Origin: Candidatus Babelota bacterium
GTDB lineage: Bacteria; Babelota; Babeliae; Babelales; Vermiphilaceae
Length of the DNA stretch: 32,000 bases
Reading direction: 5' to 3'
Assembly: GCA_039809905.1 (NCBI GenBank)
Contig: JBDHVY010000001.1
Coordinates: 390,001 to 422,000, forward strand
Part shown: piece by piece, positions 8,671 to 18,520 of the stretch
Layout: the number at the start of each line of letters is the position of its first letter
Numbering within the stretch: position 1 is the stretch's first letter
Translations under genes and position numbers: made by a program
Notes under the pieces: model-generated
The model's database searches: none
What the model was told of the DNA's origin: nothing
Seen by the model: only the letters and a program-made list of their open reading frames with translations

Positions 8671-9915
8671 ATGTATATGATAAAAAAGACAAAGAAATGG
8701 CTTCTCTTTCTCACTCTTCTTGTTGTGTGCTGTTTATGTATTATCATATGGCACATAAACCCTTTTCGTAGCAAACAATCAACAATTAAAATAGGAATTC
8801 TTCATTCCCTTTCAGGCGAACTTGCAATTAGTGAAAAGCCAGTTGCAAATGCCGCTCTTCTTGCCGTTAAAGAAATTAATGATGCCGGAGGAATTCTCGG
8901 TAAAAAAATTGAAGCCATTCTTGTTGATGGAAAATCTGATGAAAATATATTCGCCTTACAAGCAGAAGAATTGATTACCAAACAGGGCGTTGCCGCTATT
9001 TTTGGCTGTTGGACTTCTGCCAGCAGAATTATGGTCAAGAATGTTGTTGAAAAACATAATTCTCTTCTTTTTTACCCTATCCAATTTGAAGGACTAGAAG
9101 CTTCCAACAATGTTGTATATATTGGAACAACACCCAACCAACAGATTATTCCCGGCGTTACCTGGTGCATCCAACATCTGGGTAAAAAATTTTTCCTGGT
9201 AGGATCAGATAATATCTTGCACGAAATTATCAAAGACACCGTTTATGCTCATGATGGGGAAATTGTTGGCATTGAATATCTTGCTCTTCACAATAAAAAT
9301 ATTGAACCAATCATACAAAAAATCATTGCTGCTCAACCTGATGTTATTTTAAATAATATTGAAGGAGAGAATAATCTTCTCTTTTTCAATGCTTTGCGCG
9401 AACATGGTATAACGCCAGAAAAAATTCCTACTATGTCTTTCAGTATCTCAGAACCAGAACTGCAAATTTTTAATATTACTACCATGACAGGAGATTATGC
9501 GGTATGGAGTTATTTTGAAAGTATTGATAATCGAGAAAATAAAATTTTCATCAAAAAAATAAAAAGCATGTATGGTGAAAATGAAACAATTAGTGATGCT
9601 ATGGATGCTGCATATTTTAGTATCTACCTATGGAAACAAGCTGCTGAAAAAGCGGGATCTGTTAGCACAGATTTAATACGTCCTGCTTTAGGCAATCAAG
9701 CATTTAATTCGCCTCAAGGCATTATTCATATTTCGAGAAAATCATTGCATACCTGGAGCTTTGCACGTGTTGGAAAAATTAGGTCTGATAAACAATTTAG
9801 CATCTTATGGAGTTCTCAAAAATCAATTGAGCCTATGGCATATCCACCAACACGATCCATTGAAGAATGGGATAGTATTGCAACGAAAATAAGAAAATTT
9901 GAGAGTACACAATGA
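8671..9915 (+). CDS. Type I periplasmic-binding protein, UrtA/AmiC/LivJ-like, membrane-anchored or exported; no permease or ATPase genes nearby
   Basis: N-terminal TM/signal, then IKIGILHSLSGELAISEKPVANAALLAVKEINDAGGILGKKIEAILVDGKSD, FGCWTSASR, LLFYPIQFEGLEASNNVVYIGTTPNQQ, PTMSFSISEPELQ: the urea/amide-binding PBP-I signature layout. Confidence 0.88.
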   Translation: MYMIKKTKKWLLFLTLLVVCCLCIIIWHINPFRSKQSTIKIGILHSLSGELAISEKPVANAALLAVKEINDAGGILGKKIEAILVDGKSDENIFALQAEELITKQGVAAIFGCWTSASRIMVKNVVEKHNSLLFYPIQFEGLEASNNVVYIGTTPNQQIIPGVTWCIQHLGKKFFLVGSDNILHEIIKDTVYAHDGEIVGIEYLALHNKNIEPIIQKIIAAQPDVILNNIEGENNLLFFNALREHGITPEKIPTMSFSISEPELQIFNITTMTGDYAVWSYFESIDNRENKIFIKKIKSMYGENETISDAMDAAYFSIYLWKQAAEKAGSVSTDLIRPALGNQAFNSPQGIIHISRKSLHTWSFARVGKIRSDKQFSILWSSQKSIEPMAYPPTRSIEEWDSIATKIRKFESTQ

Positions 9916-12911
9916 TAAAACGATTAACAGCACCATTATCATTCATACTATTTATAATTACGTGTGCCATATGTGGATGGTATTTGTATGCTTCTTATTC
10001 TATTATTCCTTTCTATAAAAAACATCTTTCCACTATTGCCAATAATCGTCTTCAAGAAATAAATACTTTTCTTGATGAACAAGAAAAATATGCTATTCAA
10101 TTATCACAAGAACAAATAGTTATTGATGCATTACATAACAGTCGTGCAGATAACGTTGCTGCATTAATTATTTCCCATAAAGAAACCATGGAATTTAGAA
10201 ATATATTCCTGATCGATAAAGATAAGAAAATAATTTTTTCTACCACAAAAAAAGACCTCGTTGGAACAGTTTTGACAGAAGAACCATCTTCACTAGCAAA
10301 ATCATATGAGCGAGCTACAATGACACTCACCAATGATTTTTCTAACTTTAATTTTAATGAATTGCTCCAAGAACCAGCGCTTTTTATTACCATCCCCATT
10401 CTTAAAGATAAAAAATATATTGGTACACTCTCGTATCAACTTGAGGCGGAAAAAATATATCTCATAACAAATCAATACATAGGCTTGGGAAAAACAGGCG
10501 AAGTAGCTCTCGGAAAAAAAGAAGGCGAATATGCCATTTTCCTTTTCCCAACTCGTAATGATCCTGATATAGCATTTAAAAAAAGAGCGTTATTTACCTA
10601 TCCTCCGCTTTCAATTCAAGCAAGTATTCTCGGCCAAGAAGGCTCTGGGACCGCGGTAGATTATCGTGGAAAAAAAGTAGTAGGATCTTGGAAATTCATT
10701 CCACGGCTTGATTGGGGAATGATCGTTAAAATTGATATCAATGAAATAATTCAATCGATATATCTGCCTTATACGTTGTTTTTATTATTTCTTGTTTTGT
10801 TTGTACTGAGCATGACAATAAATGCATATATATTCCGCCATCGCATACATTATATATTAATTAGGCTGAATGCATCACTCAAAAGCATACCATCATTAGC
10901 TAAAAATCCACTTTTTATTATAAGCATCATTTTTTTTGGATTCACGATAAAAAATATTATTCAGTGTTCACGACAAAAATCATTTGCGATCGAAAAAACA
11001 CAAAAACAAGCGCAAGAAAACAATGAAAAAAACAGCGAAAACATTACCAAAATATTAGAAAAAATTGCTTTTATCGGACAATCGATCGCTAAAGATTTGG
11101 AAACAAATTATCTCAAAAAAGATGATATTACCACTCGAATTGAGCGCGATTTAGCTGAAAACAATATTATCACCGATATAACCATAGCACTTATCTCCGA
11201 TGATCAAAAAATAACACAAGTACAAACTACTTCATCTGATACTGTTGTTGAAAAGGCCATTACTCAAACACATTGGTATACACAAGCTCTTAAAAAAAAC
11301 AGTAGTTGGATTGTCAATACGCCTTCTGAAACCCAAACAGCTACCTATGCTTGCATTGCTACCAACACAAATAAAAAAGCAAGTGCTGTTATTGCTATTA
11401 CCTTTTCATTGAAAACTATTGTTTCTACCACAGAATTACATAATATTGGACAAACAGGATACTCAATTATTACCGCAGAAGATGGTACTTTTATATACCA
11501 CCCTATTTCAACATTAGTTACCAATGAAATGACCTTATTACAATTTGCTCAATCACAAGGAAATGAAGTACTGGCAAGTATCGCGGAAAAATCATTAGAT
11601 GGAAAACCTTTATTATCTTCATACACATCATCCAGTTCAAATGGAATCCATTGGGTTGCAACTCAACCTATTCCAACCAATAATTGGATTATTGGAACAA
11701 TATTTTCTGAAAATGAAGTCGGTCTTTCTCCACAAAAAATTCGCCATTATTATTTTTGGATATTATTGTGGTTCATTCTCACGGCAATAAGCTTTATATC
11801 ATTATTATTCTATACTCATCGTATTATTTCAGAAATATTTTACACTGCTATGATAAACATACTATTGTTATTGGGCATTATAGCTGCATGGTATGCCATC
11901 ACTATTACACACACCATAAGCAATGATTCAATTGTTATTATCACTGACCAATCAAGTCTTGATAAATTTTTAAATGATCTTAATGAAGAAGCAGATCGCA
12001 AACATGAACCAAAACCAATTACTGTTCCCTGTGGATTATTGCTTTATTCAATTAATATTCCTGATCCTGATCATATGGAAATATCCGGCTACCTTTGGAG
12101 TAAATATAACACACTTGAAAATAAAGATATTACTCGAGGAATAGATATCTTACAATCAACGCGCATGGCAATTGGTAAACCTATCACTTCAAACACTGGC
12201 AGTTGGGAAACAGAAACATGGACCGTTCAAGGAGTATTGTCACAAGATCCTCACAATGTTCATTATCCTTTTGATCAGCCACAATTACGCATTATTTTTG
12301 AGCATCGCGATATCGAAAAAAATATTATTCTTACTCCAGATCTTGCGGGATACAAAAAAATAAGTCCTGAAACAATGCCAGGACTTGATAAAGACTTTGC
12401 CATTTCAGGCTTTAATGTGGAAGAAACATTTTTTGAATACAAGTTTTTTGATCCCAAAGCAAATTTTGGATTCAAAGAATACGGTAAAGTAACTGATCAC
12501 TTCCAGCTGATTTATAATGTCATATTAAGTCGTAATTTACTTAATCCTTTTGTAATCTATATATTACCATTGCTGGTGATTCTCTTTACTCTCTTTTGCA
12601 CACTACTTATTTCAGGCAGAAAGACGGATCCATTTTCTATGCTCGGAACGTATACAGGTCTTTTCTTTTCATTAATCATTTTGCAACGATCATTACGAGA
12701 ACAATTACCATCAGGCTCAACACTGTATATTGAATATGCTTTTTTTTATACCTATATCACGATTATCTTATTGGTACTACACACCATTTTAAATCATTTT
12801 TCTCAACATAAAATAAGATATCAAGAAAAAGCTTTTCATATGCTTAAATTATTATTTTGGCCATTTCAACTGGTTTCATGGCTTATTACGACAATATTAG
12901 TCTTCTATTAG
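9912..12911 (+). CDS. Multi-domain receptor: tandem Cache-like extracytoplasmic regions plus C-terminal pentameric ligand-gated ion channel-like module (LBD + M1-M4)
   Basis: Cache-like segments (FLIDKDKKIIFSTTKKDLVGT; GYSIITAEDGTFIYHP). C-terminal LBD-like region (VPCGLLLYSINIPDPDHMEISGYLWSKY ... NVHYPFDQPQLRII ... DLAGYKK ... ISGFNVEETFFEYKF), M1-like SRNLLNPFVIYILPLLVILFTLFCTLL, M2/M3-like SMLGTYTGLFFSLIILQRSLREQLPSGSTLYIEYAFFYTYITIILLVLHTI, and a final hydrophobic helix. ATGA overlap with the upstream ORF. Confidence 0.82.
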   Translation: MIKRLTAPLSFILFIITCAICGWYLYASYSIIPFYKKHLSTIANNRLQEINTFLDEQEKYAIQLSQEQIVIDALHNSRADNVAALIISHKETMEFRNIFLIDKDKKIIFSTTKKDLVGTVLTEEPSSLAKSYERATMTLTNDFSNFNFNELLQEPALFITIPILKDKKYIGTLSYQLEAEKIYLITNQYIGLGKTGEVALGKKEGEYAIFLFPTRNDPDIAFKKRALFTYPPLSIQASILGQEGSGTAVDYRGKKVVGSWKFIPRLDWGMIVKIDINEIIQSIYLPYTLFLLFLVLFVLSMTINAYIFRHRIHYILIRLNASLKSIPSLAKNPLFIISIIFFGFTIKNIIQCSRQKSFAIEKTQKQAQENNEKNSENITKILEKIAFIGQSIAKDLETNYLKKDDITTRIERDLAENNIITDITIALISDDQKITQVQTTSSDTVVEKAITQTHWYTQALKKNSSWIVNTPSETQTATYACIATNTNKKASAVIAITFSLKTIVSTTELHNIGQTGYSIITAEDGTFIYHPISTLVTNEMTLLQFAQSQGNEVLASIAEKSLDGKPLLSSYTSSSSNGIHWVATQPIPTNNWIIGTIFSENEVGLSPQKIRHYYFWILLWFILTAISFISLLFYTHRIISEIFYTAMINILLLLGIIAAWYAITITHTISNDSIVIITDQSSLDKFLNDLNEEADRKHEPKPITVPCGLLLYSINIPDPDHMEISGYLWSKYNTLENKDITRGIDILQSTRMAIGKPITSNTGSWETETWTVQGVLSQDPHNVHYPFDQPQLRIIFEHRDIEKNIILTPDLAGYKKISPETMPGLDKDFAISGFNVEETFFEYKFFDPKANFGFKEYGKVTDHFQLIYNVILSRNLLNPFVIYILPLLVILFTLFCTLLISGRKTDPFSMLGTYTGLFFSLIILQRSLREQLPSGSTLYIEYAFFYTYITIILLVLHTILNHFSQHKIRYQEKAFHMLKLLFWPFQLVSWLITTILVFY

Positions 12912-14295
12912 TATTCTGCTGAGGATAAATTATTTCGAAGATCTTTTTTTGCGGTACCTCCGGAAACTGTAAACCAACATATACTGCCATAATCTTCTGA
13001 TTTACATCTGTTGGCAACCACTGTTTAAAATGATCCTGCAAGGTTGCACGTGACCATGAAGGCGTTAATTCTAATAGATCAAAATAAACATTTTTTCTTG
13101 CTTTACCTGTTTCTTGATTTTCATCATTACTTTTATTCATACCCTTAGATATATACCATTGATAGGTAATATCCAATGGTCGTAGCATTTGTGCATTACG
13201 CTTATTTAGATTACCTTGTGTTGTAATATAAAAATCACCTAAAGATTCATTTTCAAAGTCTTTATCAAAAAAACTTTCATCAAGACAAGTGAAAAAACAA
13301 TTCTCTCTTTCATTAACTCCTTGTATGGCAGGAATATTTTTTATTACGGAAATAGTTTTACTTTTTCTTATATTTTCAATCAAAGATTGACGAACTTGCA
13401 GTTCAGTAAATTTTTTACGATCACGTAATAATTGAACAATTTCATGACAACCTTGAATTACCGCTATATCTAAGCAAGTACCATAACAATTTGTTGCTTT
13501 TATATCTAACTCAGGAATTGATAACAAAAAAGCAAAAACTTTTGCAGCATTTTTTTGTGCTGCATAATGTAAAGCTGTATGCACAAGATACTTCTCTTGT
13601 ATATCAACATAAGGAATTATAAGCTTAACTCCTTCTAGCCAATCTTTTTCAATTGCTGTGTACAACATATTTTGGTTAAAAATTACTATATTTTTATTAA
13701 CCTTAGGATTTTTAAGCAATATTTGCAGAACATCTAACTGTTGTTTTTGAATTGCACAATACAATGGATTTTCGAAAACTTTTGATGTATTAGGCTCAAT
13801 TCTCTCATCATTCAATAGCAACTCCACTATTGCTGTATGACCATTTTTTACCGCTGTGCTTATAAAGGTTTGACCATAATGTTCTTTATTGAGATCAACA
13901 TCAGAGCGAGCCAATAGAAGTTGAGCTACTTCTACCAGGTTATTTTTTACTACCCACATCAGATTTTCCTGTATATCAAACGTAGGATATTTAATAAGTT
14001 CAGCAATTGTTTCTTTTGAATTGGCTAAACAGGCTTGCTCAAAGCCTTTATTATTCTCCCATACCAAATCAAAGCGCTTCCAAAAAAAATTATCTGGATT
14101 AGTAAACCTTACAAAACGATGGCAATTATACTTACAGAAACGGGAGAAAAAAAGAGTTCGTAATAATACAATACTGTAAAGACCTGCTACTACCGCAAAT
14201 AATCCCACAACTTCTTTTTCACCTATTCTAGGTTGAGTTGTCTGATGAGTAAAAAGCAATAATGCTAAAAATAATGATTTAATTTTATTTTTCAT
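12886..14295 (-). CDS. Secreted ankyrin-repeat protein with conserved non-ankyrin C-terminal module
   Basis: Signal peptide (MKNKIKSLFLALLLFTHQTTQP). Ankyrin repeats such as YGQTFISTAVKNGHTAIVELLLNDERI and LVHTALHYAAQKNAAKVFAFLLSIPELDIKATNCYGTCLDIAVIQGCHEIVQLLRD. 3' end overlaps the convergent receptor gene by about 26 nt. Confidence 0.85.
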   Translation of the reverse strand: MKNKIKSLFLALLLFTHQTTQPRIGEKEVVGLFAVVAGLYSIVLLRTLFFSRFCKYNCHRFVRFTNPDNFFWKRFDLVWENNKGFEQACLANSKETIAELIKYPTFDIQENLMWVVKNNLVEVAQLLLARSDVDLNKEHYGQTFISTAVKNGHTAIVELLLNDERIEPNTSKVFENPLYCAIQKQQLDVLQILLKNPKVNKNIVIFNQNMLYTAIEKDWLEGVKLIIPYVDIQEKYLVHTALHYAAQKNAAKVFAFLLSIPELDIKATNCYGTCLDIAVIQGCHEIVQLLRDRKKFTELQVRQSLIENIRKSKTISVIKNIPAIQGVNERENCFFTCLDESFFDKDFENESLGDFYITTQGNLNKRNAQMLRPLDITYQWYISKGMNKSNDENQETGKARKNVYFDLLELTPSWSRATLQDHFKQWLPTDVNQKIMAVYVGLQFPEVPQKKIFEIIYPQQNTNRRLILS

Positions 14296-14301
14296 GGCTT
14301 A

Positions 14302-15582
14302 TTATGATGTTATTTGTTTTTTATTAAGCATGTGTTCAAAATCTATTTCTTGTCTTGGATCTTCAGGAAAACATAAACCAAGATATACTCGTATAATTTT
14401 TTTAGATAGATCTAACGGCATATGTTTCACCAAAGCACTTTGCAAAGATTCAGGTGGTAGTGCTGGCGTTACTTGTAATAATTGAAAATAAACACTTTTT
14501 TTGCCCTTACATATTTTTTTATCTTTGTTTTGATTGTGCTTAATGACTTTCGATAGATACCATTGATGAGTTATATCCAATGGCCTTAAACCTTGCATAT
14601 TGCGCTTGTTAAAATCACCTCGCGTCACCATATAAAAATTAGCCAATGAATTTATTTTATAACGATGTCTTAAAGTACGCGCAAATTCGGTCTGATTTTT
14701 AATCTTCGTTTCGGAAATAGATTTAAAAAATACATTATTTTTTTCTTTAACTACTTCCATGAAAGGAATAATTTGCTTAATCCCATCCAACCAACCCTGT
14801 GAAATTGCCGAGTGCAAGGCAAACCATTCTCCCTTTTTATTAACTCGAGGATTTTTAAGTAAAAGGGCCAGAACCTCTGACTGGCAACAATGAACCGCTT
14901 CCAACAATGGATTTGTACAACACCATACCCGATTAGGATCAACTCTTTTATCATTCAATAATAATTCCACTATCTCCCGATAACCATACCGGGCTGCCCA
15001 ACTTATCAAGGAATAACTTATGTTGTCATTACCTCCTGGATACTGATGTATCGGAAAATTCAGGTCATCATGAGAAACACAAGGATCACGCAATAACTCT
15101 TTCATAACATTAATTGCATTATTCTTGACCGCCCATTCCAAGGAACATCTAATAGGACGATAATTTCTGTTTATGAGTTCTATAAACAATTGAGTAATTT
15201 CTTTATTTTTATTATCTTCAATTACCCACCTCAAAGTTTCATACACATCAACTGTTGTATAGTTAAAAAGCTCCACAATAGTTTCTTTTGATTTGGATAA
15301 ACATGCAATTCGAAAAGCCTTATTATCATCGACAAATTTTATATCGCCAAACGGTAAATTATGTGGATTAGCAATTCTTACAAAACGATGACAATTATAT
15401 TGACACATCTTTTCAAAAAAAAATGCTCGCAATAATGAAACTACCATTCCAAGAGTTGCAACCTCAATAGCAAAGCACAAGACTCCAGACATGATAACAA
15501 CCGCTTTATTTTCTGCAGGCCTCATTGTCTGATGAGAAAAAAACAACAAAAGTAATAGTATTGCTTTATTTTTATGTTTCAT
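14302..15582 (-). CDS. Secreted ankyrin-repeat protein, paralog of the neighbouring gene
   Basis: Hydrophobic N-terminus (MKHKNKAILLLLLFFSHQTMRPAENK). Ankyrin-like SLISWAARYGYREIVELLLNDKRVDPNRVWCCTNPLLEAVHCC. C-terminal RPLDITHQWYLSK... shared with the 12886 ORF. Confidence 0.82.
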   Translation of the reverse strand: MKHKNKAILLLLLFFSHQTMRPAENKAVVIMSGVLCFAIEVATLGMVVSLLRAFFFEKMCQYNCHRFVRIANPHNLPFGDIKFVDDNKAFRIACLSKSKETIVELFNYTTVDVYETLRWVIEDNKNKEITQLFIELINRNYRPIRCSLEWAVKNNAINVMKELLRDPCVSHDDLNFPIHQYPGGNDNISYSLISWAARYGYREIVELLLNDKRVDPNRVWCCTNPLLEAVHCCQSEVLALLLKNPRVNKKGEWFALHSAISQGWLDGIKQIIPFMEVVKEKNNVFFKSISETKIKNQTEFARTLRHRYKINSLANFYMVTRGDFNKRNMQGLRPLDITHQWYLSKVIKHNQNKDKKICKGKKSVYFQLLQVTPALPPESLQSALVKHMPLDLSKKIIRVYLGLCFPEDPRQEIDFEHMLNKKQITS

Positions 15583-15656
15583 AATATAGGTGTAACTGTA
15601 ACAAAAAAAGAAGCCTTTTTAAAGCTTCTTTTTTTGTTAAAATAATTCAAATTTTA

Positions 15657-16103
15657 TTAATACGTTGCATCAAGCTCACGTACTTCTTCGTAATAAACTT
15701 TAATATCTCCGAGCATACCTTTTTCAGTATAAACAGCATCACCAAGATTTTTTTGCTGCGCTGCTGCAATTATTTGTGATAAAGATATTTGCTGAGAAGA
15801 ACCTGATGGACGCGGGAATGGATACGTCAGTTCATATGACCCTGGTTTTTTTGCTATAAAAATACGTATGAATCCTTTTCCATCAGTTGCTTTTTCATTT
15901 GGCTTAATAACTTTTGCAATTTTTTTATCGCCACTGTTGTATTCAACACTAATATCATCATCCGAATCATTAACTATCATCAAATCCGATTGGGTTGCAA
16001 AAGAAGAAGAAAACATTTTCATATCAAAACGATTTCTCATTAACATAAAGCCAGCAAACCCAATAACTATAATTGCTACTATCACTACTATCATTTTTTT
16101 CAT
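15657..16103 (-). CDS. Small exported or membrane-anchored hypothetical protein
   Basis: ORF track starts at 16178, but ATG 16103 (MKKMIVVIVAIIVIGFAGFMLMRNRF) follows AAAAAAGGATGCGT, giving a signal-anchor-like N-terminus. No recognised family. Confidence 0.55.
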   Translation of the reverse strand: MKKMIVVIVAIIVIGFAGFMLMRNRFDMKMFSSSFATQSDLMIVNDSDDDISVEYNSGDKKIAKVIKPNEKATDGKGFIRIFIAKKPGSYELTYPFPRPSGSSQQISLSQIIAAAQQKNLGDAVYTEKGMLGDIKVYYEEVRELDATY

Positions 16104-16246
16104 ACGCATCCTTTTTTTAGAGAGAACTTTGATTAAAATAACCCAAAAACAACCCATTATCATGGGGCCCCCATACAAAACATGAGTATGGGGTTATATA
16201 TTTCAACATTATCATACTTATGCAGCAAGCGCCAATAAAAATTGCT

Positions 16247-18505
16247 CTAGCGTATTTCACCTAAATCAGGCAATCGCATTATATAATTCCAAAAATCCCT
16301 TGCCATTATTCCAGCATTTTGTAATTTCTGCAACCATCCACTGCCTTGTGATTCTGATGCCCACCAATTTGATTTTTGTGACTGTAACACCTCAGATGCC
16401 CATAAATCATTTGGATGTATCCCAATCTGTCCAGAAGCCACACATTTTATATCAGTAAGCATTTTTTGAACATCATCATCAAATGTATGAAATATTCTTA
16501 CTTGGGCATCGGTTAATTTTCCTGGCTTTTGCCCACTTTGCAAATTATTAAATAATGAAACAAAAAAATTTACTTGGTCAAATGATAGAATTTTATACTC
16601 TAAAGATTTAAATGCTGATACATAGCTATCAGTCATAAACTTCCAAATCAGCAAGTTAGGACTTGATGATAGAAAACCTGAAATAACTTCAGAACCTACT
16701 ACAAGCGTATTCTCATCTGAACTCAATGCTACCGAAAAATTTTTTTCAAATGCCTGCCCATCTTTATGGGTGAATTCACCTATTTTTTCTCCTGTTATAG
16801 CAGAAAAAATAAGTAATTTATTTTTACAACCTGCTATAAGCATTTTTCCATCTGAACTGAATTTTAATGTGTACACAATTTTTTCATCACATACGCACTT
16901 AATCTTTTGTTTCGTTTCAAAAGAATAGATTACAATATGATCTACCACACGTTCTTTGTCACCCATTCGAGGACCCAAACGCAATTTCAAAACGACGGCT
17001 GAAAATTTCTTTGATCCAGGACTCCAACTTGTTACCATTTCATCAGGAAAGGTTTCTTCATCAAATAACTCTGCTATCTCTATTAGTTTATTACTGCCAC
17101 TTTTTAACTTGTATATTTTATTCTCTGATTGGTCATTAAAACGACCCATAAAGAAAATTTCATCTCTACCCAAACTGAAAAGTCTACTTATGAGAAAATT
17201 CGGCAAATCAAATAGCTTATAATCTATTGTTTCCGGTTTTTGGTCATCATATATTCCTATAACAAACTTATTTTGATGATCTTTATAATAAAATAATACT
17301 CTTTTATTATCTAATGTCATATCATGGTATAAATATTTTATAGAATTATTAGGCAAAGGTATCGTTATTACTTTTTCTATTGCACAGTCAAAAACCTTGA
17401 ACATAGAGAGTCGGTTATCTATGCAAGCAAATTTATCTTTATTAATCCATATTATAGCGGTTTCATAGATCTTATCTTCTAATTTTTGATAAAAACTTCC
17501 ATCCCTTTTCAGTACATAAATCCATTCTTTATCAAGAGGAGTGGATTCATTATATTGATCAGTTGCAATAAGGATTCGATTATCATCAGGACTAAACGCT
17601 GCACTTTTAACTTCAACTCCAGAACTTCCACTCCCATATAAATAAAGCTTTGGCACACTATCTATTTTTTTGTTTTTTATAAGAAATAGTTTCATTTTTT
17701 CTAAAAATACATTCCATTTTGTCCCTATTATCTCATTCAATAAATTCCGATCCATAGATCTCAATAGTTGCATATTGTTATCGGTGAGTTGTTGATCGCC
17801 GTCAAAAAAAGCATTTGTTTTTTTCTGAATTTTTTCAATAAAAGGATTAATAATTCCTTTATTAACATCAAGAAAACTGGCAAAGCTCAAAAGTGAAGCT
17901 GATGTATTAAAATCAAACGATTGAACATCTTTTTTTATTACATCCTCACACTCTTCTCTTTTCTCAGATGACGGACATTTTTCTAGAAGATCATGAAACA
18001 TGATTACAACATTTTTCGAGAAATCAACAATGAGTGGCTTACTTAGAAAATCATTTTTTGAAACTTCTTCTTCTGTTTTTTCTTCACCAATAAATATTAG
18101 ATTTTTCAAAAACTTACTTTTACGCCAGATATCCTTTTGCCAAACCTGTAAAAGTTGCCCTGATTTATCATACAGATAAACATTATTAAAATCGCCCTCC
18201 AATCCTTGACTGAGTCGATTTAATTGTTCTCTTTCCCCTTGTTCTTTCTTAACTCTGAATCGCTCCTCTTCTAACTCAAGTTGTTCTTTGTTTTCTTGTT
18301 CTTGTCTAAGTTGCTTTTGTCTAGGATGCTCTCGCTCGCTAACCATTTTAAGCGTCGATGGTGATATGGATGATTTTTTCATTCTTTCGGTAATTGCATA
18401 AGGAACTTTTGTTGGACGCATCGCATTTATCTGAAAAACAAAACTCAAGAGACTAAGCATTATCGTGAGTGCATTAATTTTTAAATATTTTCTTTTAAAA
18501 TTCAT
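16247..18505 (-). CDS. Secreted beta-propeller/WD40-like protein with helical N-terminal region, 752 aa
   Basis: Signal-like N-terminus. Repeats of the type SAAFSPDDNRILIAT, LKFSSDGKMLIAGCKNKLLIFSAITGEKIGEF, VALSSDENTLVVGSEV...NLLIWKF. C-terminal RDFWNYIMRLPDLGEIR. Confidence 0.78.
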   Translation of the reverse strand: MNFKRKYLKINALTIMLSLLSFVFQINAMRPTKVPYAITERMKKSSISPSTLKMVSEREHPRQKQLRQEQENKEQLELEEERFRVKKEQGEREQLNRLSQGLEGDFNNVYLYDKSGQLLQVWQKDIWRKSKFLKNLIFIGEEKTEEEVSKNDFLSKPLIVDFSKNVVIMFHDLLEKCPSSEKREECEDVIKKDVQSFDFNTSASLLSFASFLDVNKGIINPFIEKIQKKTNAFFDGDQQLTDNNMQLLRSMDRNLLNEIIGTKWNVFLEKMKLFLIKNKKIDSVPKLYLYGSGSSGVEVKSAAFSPDDNRILIATDQYNESTPLDKEWIYVLKRDGSFYQKLEDKIYETAIIWINKDKFACIDNRLSMFKVFDCAIEKVITIPLPNNSIKYLYHDMTLDNKRVLFYYKDHQNKFVIGIYDDQKPETIDYKLFDLPNFLISRLFSLGRDEIFFMGRFNDQSENKIYKLKSGSNKLIEIAELFDEETFPDEMVTSWSPGSKKFSAVVLKLRLGPRMGDKERVVDHIVIYSFETKQKIKCVCDEKIVYTLKFSSDGKMLIAGCKNKLLIFSAITGEKIGEFTHKDGQAFEKNFSVALSSDENTLVVGSEVISGFLSSSPNLLIWKFMTDSYVSAFKSLEYKILSFDQVNFFVSLFNNLQSGQKPGKLTDAQVRIFHTFDDDVQKMLTDIKCVASGQIGIHPNDLWASEVLQSQKSNWWASESQGSGWLQKLQNAGIMARDFWNYIMRLPDLGEIR

Positions 18506-18520
18506 TTTGTCTCCTAAAAA

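Noticed and set aside
16160-16175. GC-rich palindromic stretch ATGGGGCCCCCAT
   Set aside because: Only GGGGCCCC is a perfect palindrome, with no loop or flanking symmetry; insufficient to call an operator or repeat.
15868-16185. Plus-strand ORF of 105 aa
   Set aside because: Antisense to the 15657..16103 gene, which has a better RBS and a signal-anchor N-terminus.
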